In this document: in pieces, positions 51,315 to 64,000 of the stretch | Layout of the letters: each line of letters opens with the position of its first letter | How positions within the stretch are numbered: the stretch's first letter is position 1 | Assembly: GCA_964016885.1 (NCBI GenBank) | Contig: OZ024751.1 | Span: 7,068,001-7,132,000, forward strand | DNA length: 64,000 nt | Source of the DNA: Eledone cirrhosa | Lineage: Eukaryota | Direction: 5' to 3' | Notes under the pieces: model-generated | What the model saw: only the letters and a program-made list of their open reading frames with translations | What the model was told of the DNA's origin: nothing | The model's database searches: none | Position numbers and translations under genes: made by a program

Positions 51315-54300
51315 ACTCCGCCTTAGCCGCTCCCAAGCCCAGGTTGAGAAAGAAGGTTTGGGGCGCGGGGTTAGCAGCCCTACTCCCGTAAAAATTTTTC
51401 ACCGCTACAGAAACGACGTGAAAAAACCATTTTGATACCCAGCGGCGGAAAAGTGATTACACGTCATCCCTGGATACACCTATGATGGCGCCGGGTCAAA
51501 GCCGAAAGGAGGCCCGACCGCGGATAAGGCCTATCTTCAACGCCAAATCAAACACAAGAGTAGGCACCTGGAATGTCCGCACGCTCTTTCGGGACGGGCG
51601 GATGGAGCAGGTGCTGAAGGAGATGAGAGAATATCGCCTTGACATCATGGGCATCAGCGAGACGAGGTGGAGAAGACGGGGAGGACTCAACAGCGGAGAC
51701 ATGACTATTCTCTACTCCGGTGATGATGACCACCATGTCCACGGAGTTGGTATCATCCTCACCAGAGATGCATCGCAGATTCTTTTGGGATGGAGGCCAG
51801 TGAGTGAACGAATTATTACTGCCAGATTGAGCAAATGGTTAGCCAAAGTACCGTAGTGCAAGTCATCGCCCCGACTGAAGCTGCCTCAGATGAAGGTAAG
51901 GATACCATCTTTATCCAACTACAGGATATCCCAGAGGAAACACCCAGGTCACACAGTAGGCTGGTGATTGGTGACTTCAATGCCAAGCTAGATGGAGAGA
52001 GGAGAAAATGCATTCAGACATTGGCACCCACGGTTCAGCTGATTCCACCAATAACAACGGGGAACGGTTGCTATCCCTGAGCAGTATCAGCAACCTCTCC
52101 ATCGGGAATACATTCTTCACCGATAGGCGGATTCACAAGATGACACGGGATTCCCCTTATGGCAACACCAGGAATGAGATTGATTATATCAACATTGGCA
52201 CGAGGTGGCGTTCCTCTCTCTTGGATGTTCGCACCTACTGAGTGGATCTGACCATCATCTTGTTTTAGGAAAAATCCGCTTGATGTTGAAGAGGAACAAA
52301 GCAAATAAGACCGTGAGTCCATATGCTGTCCCAAGTCTGCAAGACCAAGGCACGTCAGAGGGATTCTACCTGGAGATCAGGAATAAGTTCCAAGAACTAC
52401 AGCACGCACAGAACAATGAAGACCAGTCGCAGATGTTTGCTTAGGCAGTCAGAGCGAGAATGCTGATGTAGTTATTGGTAGAAGAAGGGGGACCAACTGG
52501 GAACAGTGGATCAGCAGTACTTCATGGAATCTCATTGACGAGAAGAAGGATGTTAAGTACAAAGGAGATCAAACCAAAACTCGTCAGCAATGGAAGGAAG
52601 TGGACAAAGAGTACAGACGTCTTGACAAGGAAGTAAAGAAGAGCTCTCGAAAAGACAAGCGTCAGTGGTTAGAAGACCGGGTTGCAGAGGTACAGGTGGC
52701 AGCAGATCGAAATGATTCCAAGACGCTGTACCAGATTGTCAGAGAGCTAACTGGAGGACGAAGTGGAAGCAGTTTGCCAATCAAGAGCAAAGATGGTCGG
52801 ATGCTTGCAGCCAGTGAAGAACAGGCCCAGAGGTGGAACGAACACTTTCGTGAGGTCCTCAATCAGCCATCCCCCAACACAGTCTTCGAGCTTGGCTGGG
52901 AGGAAGCGAGCTACCGGCTGGATGTACGACTAGACGACATCACAAGGGCTGAGGTGGCCAAGTCCCTCCGCTGCCAAAAGAATAACAAAGCGGCAGGGCT
53001 GGATGATATTCCTGCAGAGCTTCTGATGCACGGCAAGGATGTAATAGAGGAGCAGCTCACCCATTTATGCAATGTGATTTGGCAAGAAGAGGGGGTGCCG
53101 TAGGACTGGGGAAATGGATTTATTGTACCACTACCGAAGAAGGGCTGTCACAGCGACTACAACAACTGGAGAGGGATCACGTTGCTATCAGTGCCAGGGA
53201 AGGTATTCTGCACAGCCATCCTGAACCGGCTGAGAGCAGAAGTAGATCGTCATCTTCAAGACGAACAGGCTGGCTTCCGCAGTGGAAGGTCTTGTTCAGA
53301 ACAGATCTTCACTCTCCGAAATATCATTGAACAATGTCGGGAGTTCCACAAGTCCCTTGTTGTCAACTACATTGACTTCAGGAAAGCTTTCGACAGTGTT
53401 CATCGGGAATCATTGTGGAAGATTGTAAGACTCTACGGTGTCCCAGAGAAATATATTAACATCTTCAGATCGCTGTACCGACATTCCAGGTGCTGCGTTA
53501 GGACAAAGGACGGAAACACGGAAATGTTTGACATCTTGACGGGTGTTCGACAGGGTTGTATCCTTTTGCCTTTCCTTTTCCTCATTGTCATCGATTTCAT
53601 CATGAAGAAGACAATGAGTGACCCTCGTTTTGGCATCAGTTGGGATGGAAGGAGATTAAGCGACCAAGACTTTGCCATTCCCGAGAAGACCTGCAAGAGA
53701 TGACAAACGTTCTAAAAGACAATGCAAAGAATGTTGGCCTGCGCATCAGCTGTGAAAAAACCAAGACCATGTCGACAGGTGACCCTCCAAATCCTTCCAT
53801 CATGGTTGGTCAGCGTAACATTGAATGTGTAAACCTCTTCCAATAATTTAGCAGGCACATCTCTGACGATGGGGATGCTGGGGTGCACAATGCTGAGAAA
53901 AGCAGCGCCGACCTTCCAGCGACTCCGTCCGGTATGGTCCAGGTGTTCCATCGGCAACGCCGTCAAATTCCGTGTTTACATGAGCATTGTTGTACCAACA
54001 GCGATATATGCCTGTGAGACATGCAAGAGTACGGAAAGTGTATGTAACAAGCTTGATGTATTCCACCAACCTTGCATTCGGACCATATTGAAAATTTCAT
54101 AGAGAGACCAAGTTAGCAACGAGGAAGTGATGAGGAGGTCAGGATTGGAAAGGTTAAGGGACATTGTCCAGAAAAGTAGACGGCGGTTCGCGGGCCACAT
54201 CCTTCGTTTGCCGGCAGATCGACGTGCTCATATTGCCATGGATTGGGTACCAGAAGGTGTCAGGAGAGAAGACCACGAAAAACATGGCGGAGCACATTCA

Positions 54301-54430
54301 GGGAGGACCTGCAGGTGATGGGAATTATCTGGAGAGGTGCTAGAAGGTCCGCCAGTGACAGGATCAAGTGGAGGAAGCTCGTCGCCCAATGTTCCAGAAG
54401 GGACTGGATGAACTAAGACTAAGACTAAGA
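51315..54430 (+). mobile_element. Near-full-length RTE-clade LINE, decayed single ORF (APE plus RT)
   Basis: RTE-type 5' UTR (cccaagccc..ttagcagccctactcccgtaaaaa); VGTWNVRTL; ISETRW; IGDFNAK; SDHH; KAAGLDDIPAEL; EQAGFRSGRSC; IDFRKAFDSV; GVRQGC; (TAAGAC)n tail. Confidence 0.92.
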
Positions 54431-54504
54431 TATATATATACATATGTATATATATATTTGTCTGTGCATGTACATTTATATATATATGTGTATATATACA
54501 TGTG

Positions 54505-54545
<41 letters not shown>

Positions 54546-54623
54546 GTGTATATATATGTGTGTGTGCTTATATATATCTGTGTATATATATGTGTGTTCA
54601 TATATATATGTGTATATATATAC

Positions 54624-57600
54624 ACCAACCTAAAGTCCAACCCCTCCTCAACGTGGCAGGGCGGTGGCAACGGGTAGTGTCAGAGCTATGCCGCCGGGAA
54701 CTTCGGTTCCTAGTAGGGCCACCCAAGGCTGATTGGTCTGGCACCCAGCAGTATTAGGGCCGCAAACCGGCAAAAGGGGCTCTGGTGAAAATCCAAGAGG
54801 TATCTGTTCCGGTAACCGGCGGATTCGGGTTGTTTCTGTCCCTGCTTCTGTGGAGAATCTGCGGCTAACAGGACGTTTATTTCCCCCGTTTTCTTGGAGG
54901 ACCGCTTGTGAATTCACTACTCTCATGACACTTCTTCCATGAATCCTACAGATACGAACTATGAATACGAATTGCCTTCCCGCTACGAACGCATTGCAAA
55001 GCAACAGCGCTCCTACCGCTATGGCTCTACAGACAACTCCCGCAGTAGTCCCGCTCTTCAGACGAAGGAAGGTGTTGAGGGAGGCGTGCTGGAACGTCCG
55101 AACACTTCGTGACGACGGTGTCCAGGCACTTACGATGAAGGCTCTACACAAGTACTGAGATAGTTTCGCTTGCCTTTTAGAAGTTCGACTTCCCGATGTT
55201 TGTCATCTTCTGATCAAAGTACATGGCGAGGACATCTCCTGCCATTTGTACCATAGTGGCGTGACTAACAAGAGTGGCCCTCACGGGGTCACTGTAGCGC
55301 TCAGCCCCGACGCGCAAGCGGCTCTGCTGGCGTGGCAGCCAATCTCACACCGACTCGCGCTGGTTCGATTGAAGGGTCAAATCTCCAACGTCAGCGTAAT
55401 TGTCGTCTACGCTCCCACACTCAATGCGGACGAGGCGGACAAGACGCAGTTCTGCGCCGATCTCTAAACAACCGTGGATGGCGTCGCCTCCAGTGATGTT
55501 CTCATTGTCGCTGGGGACTGGAATGCGTGGATGGGGCCGGCTGATGATACAACACGGTATATTCTAGGACGCTTCGCCCTAGGCGTACGCTGTGACAATG
55601 GTGAAGGGCTCGTGTCCTTCGTGGATGCCAATCGTCTTATCGTCACCAACACCCGGTTCCAACATCCTCGGCGTCACCTCTTCATGTGGCGATCCAATGA
55701 CGGAAGAACGGCCAATCAGATTGACTGTATCCTGGTCAGATCTCGGTGATGGACTCGCGTGCATATCGGGGGGCTGATACGAGCAGTGAACATGGGTCAC
55801 ACCATACTCTTGTTCGAACAACCCTTCGTCTGTGGCTGCGGGCGAAACCTCCACACAGCCGCCAGAAAAGGATTGACATTTTACGACTCAAGCTCGATGC
55901 TGGAAATGCTTTCCGGCTAGAGCTGCGAAACCGATTCCAAATGCTGAGTAACGAAGTGGAACAGCAACCGGAGCAGGATTGGAACACACTCAGGGCGGCG
56001 ATGGTCGAGGTGGCCTGAAAGCATCTCTGGTCCACCCAAATACGCCATCGGGACTGGATCTCCGGCGGCACTCTTGAACTCGCGGAGAGGGCGAGAGTGG
56101 CTCGAATCGAGGGTGCACCCAATCTTCGAGATCTCCGACGTCGCACATCCCGGGCTTTTCAGGCCGATCGGAATGCACATTGGCGCGAATTTGCGGAGCA
56201 GACGGAGAGGGTAGCAGCCTGTGGTGACTCGCGCAAGCTCTACCAACTGGTGAAGCGGGCCAGCCGAAGCAGTACGGGTATCAGCGAGGCGATCCGTGAT
56301 CGGAACGGGGCGGTCATTACCAATCTTAATGACCGGCTAGTCTGATGGCGGGACCATTTCTCCGAGCTGCTCAACCACCCGCCACCACCCACGCCAACCT
56401 ATGTGCAGCCTTCCGGAGAAGAATACGGATGTAGCACTGCCCCTGCAACGGTCGAAGAGGTCCGTAGTGTCCTGAGAGATCTCCGGAACAACAAGGCTCT
56501 GGGCGAAGACGGCGTTCCAGCTGAGGTCTACAAGGCCAAGCCTGATGTCTTCGCAGCTTGGCTCCATCGAGTTTTATCCTCGGTATGGGCGACGGAGCGG
56601 TTCCCTGGTGACTGGAGCGAGGCAACTCTCCTACCCTTATTCAAAAGAAGAAACTGTGTTCCAACTACAGGGGTATCAGTTTAATTGACATTTCTGCCAT
56701 AACCTTCGCAATTATTCTGCTGAAGAGGTTCCAGGCCACCCGTGATGGCCGTACCCGTCCTTCTCAGAGCGGCTTTCGTCCGGGGAGGGGGTGCGTTGAT
56801 CAAATCCTCATTCTCCGGCGTGTCCTAGAACAATGGTGGGCATATCAACAGCCTACCGTCCTCTGCTTCATCGACTTTGCAGCTGCCTTCATTTCGGTAG
56901 ATCGTGAAGCCCTGTGGCGTATAATTCAGGCGGACGGCATCCCAGTGAAGCTGCTTCGTCTCATACACGGCTACTAACGGTCGACTCGGGCTCGAGTGAG
57001 GGTCTATGGTAGGGAGACGGAGTCGTTCGATGTTGGGATCGGTGTTCGGCAGGCTGTGCGCTATCGCCAACTCTCTTTAACTACGCCATTGACTACACTC
57101 TCAACACAGCGCTCCGGGATTGCCCGGGCTTAGAGGTCGGGAGAGGGGTCGTGGTGACGGACCTGGCCTACGCGAATGACATCGTGCTGATGGGCGCTAA
57201 CGGGACAGATGTACAAAGTGCTTGCGAAAGGGTGTACACTGTAGCCGCCGCTGTTGGTCTACGAATCAATGCCGTCAAGTCGAAAGACATGACGTCACTG
57301 GTCTCGCCTGATGCCTGGCAGCCAATACCTCTCGAGGGCGTGGAGCTGGAGGATGTGGAGTCCTTCGTTTACTTGGCCTCAACAGTGTTTCCAACGGAAC
57401 AGGGTGCAGTCGAGTTCAAGCGTCGCATAGTTGCTGCCAGATCCGCTTTTGGGCGCCTCCAGCGGTGTCTGTGGGACAGAAGAGAGATCACCTCGGCGAC
57501 CAAAGGGCGAATCTACCAGGCCGTCGTTCGCACTATCCTCCTCTATGGCTGTGACACATGGCCTATGAGGGTAGTCGATCAACGAGGGCTGGAGGTCTTC

Positions 57601-58053
57601 GACAATGACTGTCTCCGCCGCATTCTTCGCTGCCGACGCGTTGATCGGGTACCTTCCTCAAGTCTTCGTCTTCGCCTGAATCTTCGACCCCTTCATCCAG
57701 TTCTTCTGCAACGGTGCTTGAGATGGTTTGGTCACGCAGCCATGGCGCCCTGAGGGTGAGCTGATCCGCAATGTTCTCTTCCCACCTCCACTCCCTAACT
57801 GGCGCAAGCGCGTGGCGGACAGCTGAAGATCTGGGCCACGACGATCAAGGAGGACCTCACCGAACTCTCAGGTCCGCAGGTGGTCGGCCTGCGCCGATGG
57901 AATCGTGACTTGCTCGCTATCTCCAGTGACCTAGCCCGGAACCGTCGTGCATGGGCTAACATGGTTCGGCATGCCGTCAGGACAAGGGAAGAAGCCGGCT
58001 CAACCCGTCGAGGGTGAATGTCGTCACAAGTACAAGTACAAGTACAAGTAAGT
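54624..58053 (+). mobile_element. Second near-full-length RTE-clade LINE (different family), decayed
   Basis: ACWNVRTL; VYAPT; AGDWNA; NQIDCIL; KALGEDGVPAE; FIDFAAAF; DLAYANDIVL; ILLYGCDTW; LRWFGH; (CAAGTA)n tail. Confidence 0.92.
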
Positions 58054-58191
58054 GTATATATATATATTTGTGTGTATATTTATATGAGTGTGTATATATA
58101 TACATATGCATATATATATATATATGTGTGTGCATATATATAAACACACATATATATACATACGTAAACATATATGTATTTATACATATAA

Positions 58192-58246
<55 letters not shown>

Positions 58247-58249
58247 GCG

Positions 58250-58810
58250 GCGATGAATTAGTTTTGCGAGGTTTTTTATATGAAATCGTGTGTCGAAACA
58301 GATATTGTTATATTTGGGGAGGGTCATATTTGCGTAATATTGCCAGAATTAATAACAGAACACACTCACTGTTTGGTTGGTTTTCGCTTCTCGCTGTCTT
58401 TTATATATATATATCTGCGATCTAACTTACTCGGTCCTCAATGTTGCCATTGACTGACCGGTGGTAAAAAATAATACAGATACAATATAGACACAAACAC
58501 ATATATATAGTTTACATAATTTACATAAATCTTTCGTTGCACATCTGCAACATCGTCGATGTTGCAGATGTGCAACGAAAGATTTATGTAAATTATGTAA
58601 ACTATATATATGTGTTTGTGTCTATATTGTATCTGTATTATTTTTTACCACCGGTCAGTCAATGGCAACATTGAGGACCGAGTAAGTTAGATCGCAGATA
58701 TATATATATAAAAGACAACGAGAAGCGAAAACCAACCAAACAGTGAGTGTGTTCTGTTATTAATTCTGGCAATATTACGCAAATATGACCCTCCCCAAAT
58801 ATAACAATAT
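58250..58810. repeat. Near-perfect fold-back palindrome 58302-58810 (254-bp arms, 1-nt spacer) of the HHR family seen at 3673-3920
   Basis: Centre caacatcg-T-cgatgttg at 58556; one mismatch seen between arms. The centre falls inside the HHR core ((CT)GACGA-T-GTTGCA-gatg-TGCAAC-GAAAG). Confidence 0.92.
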
Positions 58811-60427
58811 ATATATACATATATATACATACACACACACATATATATATCCATTTAACCGTATATCCATTTAACCGTATATTTGAGTGGAATGGGAATC
58901 GAAATAATTCCTATAATAATAGATGTTTTAAAATGATATAAACATGAATAAATTTAAATGCATATGGAATCTCCATGACATATGCACAATCACACAGTGA
59001 CTCTGCCGAAGATTTTATAGACCTGGATTCTGTCAGATTTATTGAAAGCGTCAAATAAAAAAATAAAGAAAATACTGATATTAAACACAGAAATACTTCT
59101 ATGCATAAATTATGTCTGCTTAAAATAATACTAAGTCTTTTGAATGTTGGATTCATTGCTTTGTAATATTCGTTCCGGACCTCAGCTCTCTGAATTATAT
59201 TGCCGTCGAAGTCAACTATACATTTCGTCAGTACTGGCAGTATTGGATTTGTTTCTTCCCCTATATTTCTTTCTCGCTTCTCTCTATCCAGCTCTCCTTT
59301 TCTCTGCAAGAAATAGATTGTGTTCGGTCTTGAAAAGGGATGGGCTCCGTCAGGTAATACGCTGCCCAGGAAAGACTATGAAACTAAATGGCTCCTACGA
59401 CTCCATAGGGAGATATGAGGTTAATGCATAACAAATAAATTAATGCTTAGGTAGCGTCAATGTAATGCCACTTGCTACAAGGATTGGAAATTAAATTAAT
59501 GTAGACCATTTGACGTGATTGGACATAATTTTAAACAAACAAATTTCGATCACACATCTGGGGTTGTTCCGAGGCTGTAGATATTGATATTTCCCCCAGA
59601 TGTCATGGATTGAGATCAATCTGCTACTTCATGAAAACCAAGTGGATATCTTACCAACCCAACATGATTTCAAACAAAATTTCATTATATAATGATTCTG
59701 AACTGATGAATACATATATAAATACATTTAAAGAATTAAGATAACACTAAATATGCTATGGCAATATAGACAGAATGTCATGCCTGATACATAGAATATT
59801 CTAATTCATTTTTATGTACACCCATAAGAGAAAATATTATAAATATAGATGCGGTAACACTTGCACACACTTATACACGAAGACTCACACGCACAAACAA
59901 AAATGTGTAAGCATACATGTTTTTATATGAATAATTGAATAATTCATATATACATTTTACCTGGTGTCCAATAAATATGTCAGCATTAGAATAATATGTA
60001 TCTTGTTAAATGCTCTACCAACGGGAAAAAAAATTACATTGAATTAAACAAGGAAACAGTGAATGCTTTATAAATACACTTTTAATATTCCCTGACTTGT
60101 ATACATTATATAGTTCCATTTATCATCATGATTTGATAGATTTTTCTCCATTGTTAAACTGGTAAACATGTATATAACTAGTGCATATCGATTGAAGATA
60201 ACATCTTTTACTTTTCTTTGCTTTTTTGTGGTTTTTTTTGCGATTCTTTCGTTTTATACCTCATGATATATATCGGTAAACATCTCACCTACATACAAAT
60301 TCTCATCAAAAATACACACATATTCATATGTTTATGATGTAAAATCAGAGTGCAATGATACACATTATTTCTACACAGCTGCCTGACAAATTTCTTTTGC
60401 CATAAACCTGAAATCTACATTAAACTT

Positions 60428-60506
<79 letters not shown>

Positions 60507-61120
60507 ATATGCATGAATATATATGTGTGTATGTGTGTGTCTATTGGTGTGTATTAAGTTAGGCGATCTTGTTCGCCAGTAGAATTATTTCAATTTAATT
60601 ATCTGCTACGAATTCAAATGATTCTCTACTGTCTTGTATACATTTTCCCTTAAAAACTTTGGAAATTTTATATTTTATGTATTTAAAAGATTTTAGTATT
60701 TTGAACAACATTCCGACATATAAAAAGAATTAAATGTATATTTCAAAAGATGCACGTCGCATATCATTTATGTAAAATATTATCAACTAATTTTAATATT
60801 AAATTCATTGAAATAACAATGGATTATATTTACTAGAACAGAGGTGCATACACATTCCCATGTATGTGTACTCGAACCACAGCTAAAGTGGGAGTTTTTT
60901 TTAACTTATTCGATAACATGGGTAGACCTTCTGCCCAAAGTAAAGTTATTATATATGCATTATGCTGGGGAAAACACATTCCGTATCTATCTCTCTATAC
61001 CACTCCCCAAACATCTATTTATCATTCAATATATCCATCTATCTTATTAATAAGTATTTGTGTATATTTATAATTTGGATATATATATAGAGAGAGATAG
61101 ATAGAAGGATAGATAGAGAT

Positions 61121-61232
61121 AGCAATTAGCCCAGTATATTACTGGTACTTTATTTTATCGACCCCGTAAGGATGAAAGGCAAAGTTAACCTCTGCGGGAT
61201 TAATTTTGCCTTTCATCCTTACGGGGCCGATG
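61121..61232. mobile_element. SINE family A fragment folded back on itself
   Basis: atcgaccccgtaaggatgaaaggcaaagttaa..ttaattttgcctttcatccttacggggccgat. Confidence 0.8.
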
Positions 61233-61419
61233 ATAGATAAATATACATATATGTATAGAGTAATAGATAGAAATAAATATATATATATATAAGAGAGGGA
61301 GAGAGAGAGAGAGTGAGAGAGAGATAGAGATACGTATGTGTATAAATACATATATATATATATTATATATTTATATACGTACATATATATATGTGTGCAT
61401 GTATGTATATATATATATA

Positions 61420-61640
61420 TATACATACTACTGTACGTCTGTATACATATATCTATGTACGTGTACATACTTATATTTATGTAACAGCCGTACTAAGAGT
61501 GGGAAATGAAATTTCGTTTCATTTTTTCCGTTTATCGTTTTCGATTAAACCACTCGATATGCAAATTGGGCTACTCAGCCGTTAATATGCATAAGGTAAG
61601 TATATACGTTCAACAATCTGGCAGGAAGGTATACGTTGCT
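61420..61640 (+). repeat. Fragment of the ~431-bp HHR family, ending right after the 5' strand of stem I
   Basis: ..ggcaggaaggtatacgttgct followed by (TA)n. Confidence 0.78.
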
Positions 61641-61662
61641 ATATATATATATATATATATTA

Positions 61663-61779
61663 TATAGGAAAAAGTATGACCCCGGCGGCAGAATTCAAGC
61701 CGTTTCGACGGGTATTTCTGGACTGAAATAGCCGTCGAAACGGCTTGAAGCTCTGCCGTGGGGGTCATACTTTTTCCTA
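61663..61779. repeat. Fold-back (~53-bp arms) of the 3' half of an HHR
   Basis: Arms ataggaaaaagtatgacccc..gtttcgacgg and ccgtcgaaacggc..gggtcatactttttcctat; GAAAC-GGC..GCC-GT forms stem III. Confidence 0.75.
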
Positions 61780-63340
61780 TTTCCCATTCTACTACCCTAA
61801 ATATTGAGTACTGTGGTGCGTTATGGTCCATCTGTTTCCTTACCGCATTTCCTTTGTTATATATTATATATATATATTCAGTTAGACTGAATGTGAACAT
61901 TTCTGATCCTTATTTTGGGAATATTGTGTATATTATACATAGCATTATTTTTGTTCTTTTATAATAATTACCTAATTCTAGTAACCGAACTTCATTTCAG
62001 AATCGTTCTTTTTAAAGCAACTCACATTTCTGTATTGTATTGTACAAATTAACTGATAGCTGGGTATGTAGCTTCTTAATGTAGTTGCTAAAATGGTTAT
62101 TATGTGTGGTTCACTGAAGTAACGTTAGGTCTTCTCTTTGATTCGATAAACAAGATAATACATGAAAATAAAAATACACAAAAAACTTGCTTCGGATAAT
62201 TTGATATTCAAGTGTTTTAGTAACAACTTGAAAATAATGATGTAGTAGATTGAAATTATACGGTTTCTAGGGAGAGAAGTAATTAAATTTATGTCGCTAA
62301 ACCAAGCTGTTCACGAATGGAAGAATCTATATTTCAAGTAATTATTTCTGAGGCAAATTAAACGAAATCCTACTGAAAATTCCAGGTGAAAAAAAATGGG
62401 TATGTTGTATGACCACTTAAAACCTGCATAGAATTTATTGAAACACGAGAATCGATTCACATTTGCACTTTCCAGGTACTCATAAAGTATGAAATGGAAA
62501 CAGTTTCAAAGTTTTGCAATGAAATAGATAAAAAGAGGTAATATGTATCTGATTGTTATGTGTTTACTTCAACTAGCAAGATATTTTACTTGCATAAATG
62601 TATATGGCTTCCTTGCTATTGTTTCTAAATTGATTAACATCCATTTGCTACTGTTGATTCTTAAGTGTCCACATTTGTACATCGTTCAATTTATGTATAA
62701 CATTTGTATTTTATTTTCTCGAGTGATCCACAATGCACTGAATCCCAACATGTTTCGTTTACCAGATGGTACAATTGTATTCTGTCGTGCAATATGTATT
62801 ATATTCACAATAAGTCTAACATAAAAACAGTGTGGTTTCGAAAGGCATTTCAAATAAATAGAACCGTTTCAGCATTCTATTTAGTCTATGTCGTGTATTT
62901 TGAAGCGAAGGATATAGTATACATCGTTAAAGGAATCGTATAACAAAATTTAGTGTTATGTCTATACACGAAGAAAATAATTCTAACAACACCATGTCTC
63001 GTATCTACATCTATAGTACATTTCTACAAAGAAATATTCCAGTAGCTGCCTATGCGCTCAGTCAATATGTTATGTTCTAAACATTTCGCATATTAACTGA
63101 TCTTACGATTGTTAATTCTTATGGATTGTTAAATTTTGGCATTTCATATTTAAACAAATATTAAAACGAAAACAAATATAAATGACTCTAGTACTATTTC
63201 ATATTACAGGCTGCAGGTTCACTATAACTAACCTTGCAGATTTACGAAGAAAATTCCACAATATACATGAGCATATTATAATATAGCCACCATCATTATG
63301 AAAGTAAACGGTTGCAAGTAAAATCCGAAGCCTACGTATC

Positions 63341-63376
<36 letters not shown>

Positions 63377-63592
63377 TGGGCCGGCCGTCGAAGAAACAAC
63401 ACCATGCGCTCGGCCGCACCACTGTATCATGAAAAGAAAACCTTTTTCGCCGAATTTATTGTTTTTTCGAATTTAAAGGTTTTTTTAGGAACGTTCAATG
63501 TTTATTTTAGGTTTTGCCGTCTGGAGAGTTCATCAGTGAAATATATATAACGGAGTTTTAAATAAACCTGAATCAACTATATATGGCCCCCG

Positions 63593-63619
<27 letters not shown>

Positions 63620-63625
<6 letters not shown>

Positions 63626-63950
63626 TTAAAATAACAGATAACATGTTAAGAAAAAGAATTGCTGCTTTCTCCCTTAACGGGGTCTTCTGAAACTAAAAAA
63701 ATAAATCTGTAAACGCAGAAGTAAATATTTCGAAAAACGTTGCAACCGAAGGAAGACAGGAAGACGATACTTTGGTTCGTAAAGACGTTCCCTGACAATG
63801 AACGGAAACAATGAAGATAATACGTCATTATGTGGAGTGATGAGAACAATTACACGCAAAGACAAAACCACGTTTATGGTATCACTGAAGTCGTAGACTA
63901 TAATTCTATTTAGGAAACCGAATGATTCCCTTCTTCAGAGTGAAGAATAA
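63620..63950 (-). repeat. Longer copy of the CAGAAGA..GAAA family seen at 3944-4167
   Basis: Minus strand: tttCAGAAGA-C-CCC-gttaa-GGG-A-GAAAG-cagcaatt-CTT. Confidence 0.6.
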
Positions 63951-64000
63951 TGTAAATAAATTACAGAGGTTATTGAAATCAACAATAATTAAATATATAC

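Noticed and set aside
63372-63426. Mini Tc1/mariner-like MITE (TA-cagtgg..ccactg-TA)
   Set aside because: The inverted repeat is very short and imperfect, and there is only one copy in the window.

Overview
AT-rich eukaryotic DNA made up almost entirely of repeats, with no host protein-coding gene I can support. It is very probably an octopod cephalopod; this is inferred from tRNA-derived SINEs resembling known Octopus SINEs and from pervasive (TA)n/(CA)n tracts. Recognisable elements are a decayed Penelope-like element (PLE) with RT plus C-terminal GIY-YIG (Hydra-clade-like, about 7.4-10.7 kb, minus strand), several PLE 3' fragments (Neptune-like and Hydra-like), an internally deleted L1/Tx1 LINE flanked by ~200-bp direct repeats, an R4/Dong LINE, two near-full-length RTE LINEs, a ~600-bp non-autonomous RTE derivative and about 20 SINE copies or fragments, many with target-site duplications (TSDs). 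The strongest signal beyond the ORF track is a dense set of type I hammerhead ribozyme (HHR) motifs: more than 20 intact or degenerate copies from at least a dozen unrelated short non-coding families. They sit in (TA)n tracts either as head-to-tail tandems of 430-680-bp units (retrozyme or pseudo-LTR-like) or as fold-back palindromes, several of which turn around in or next to the ribozyme core. All base-pairing was assigned by eye, no folding or database search was run, and repeat boundaries are approximate.
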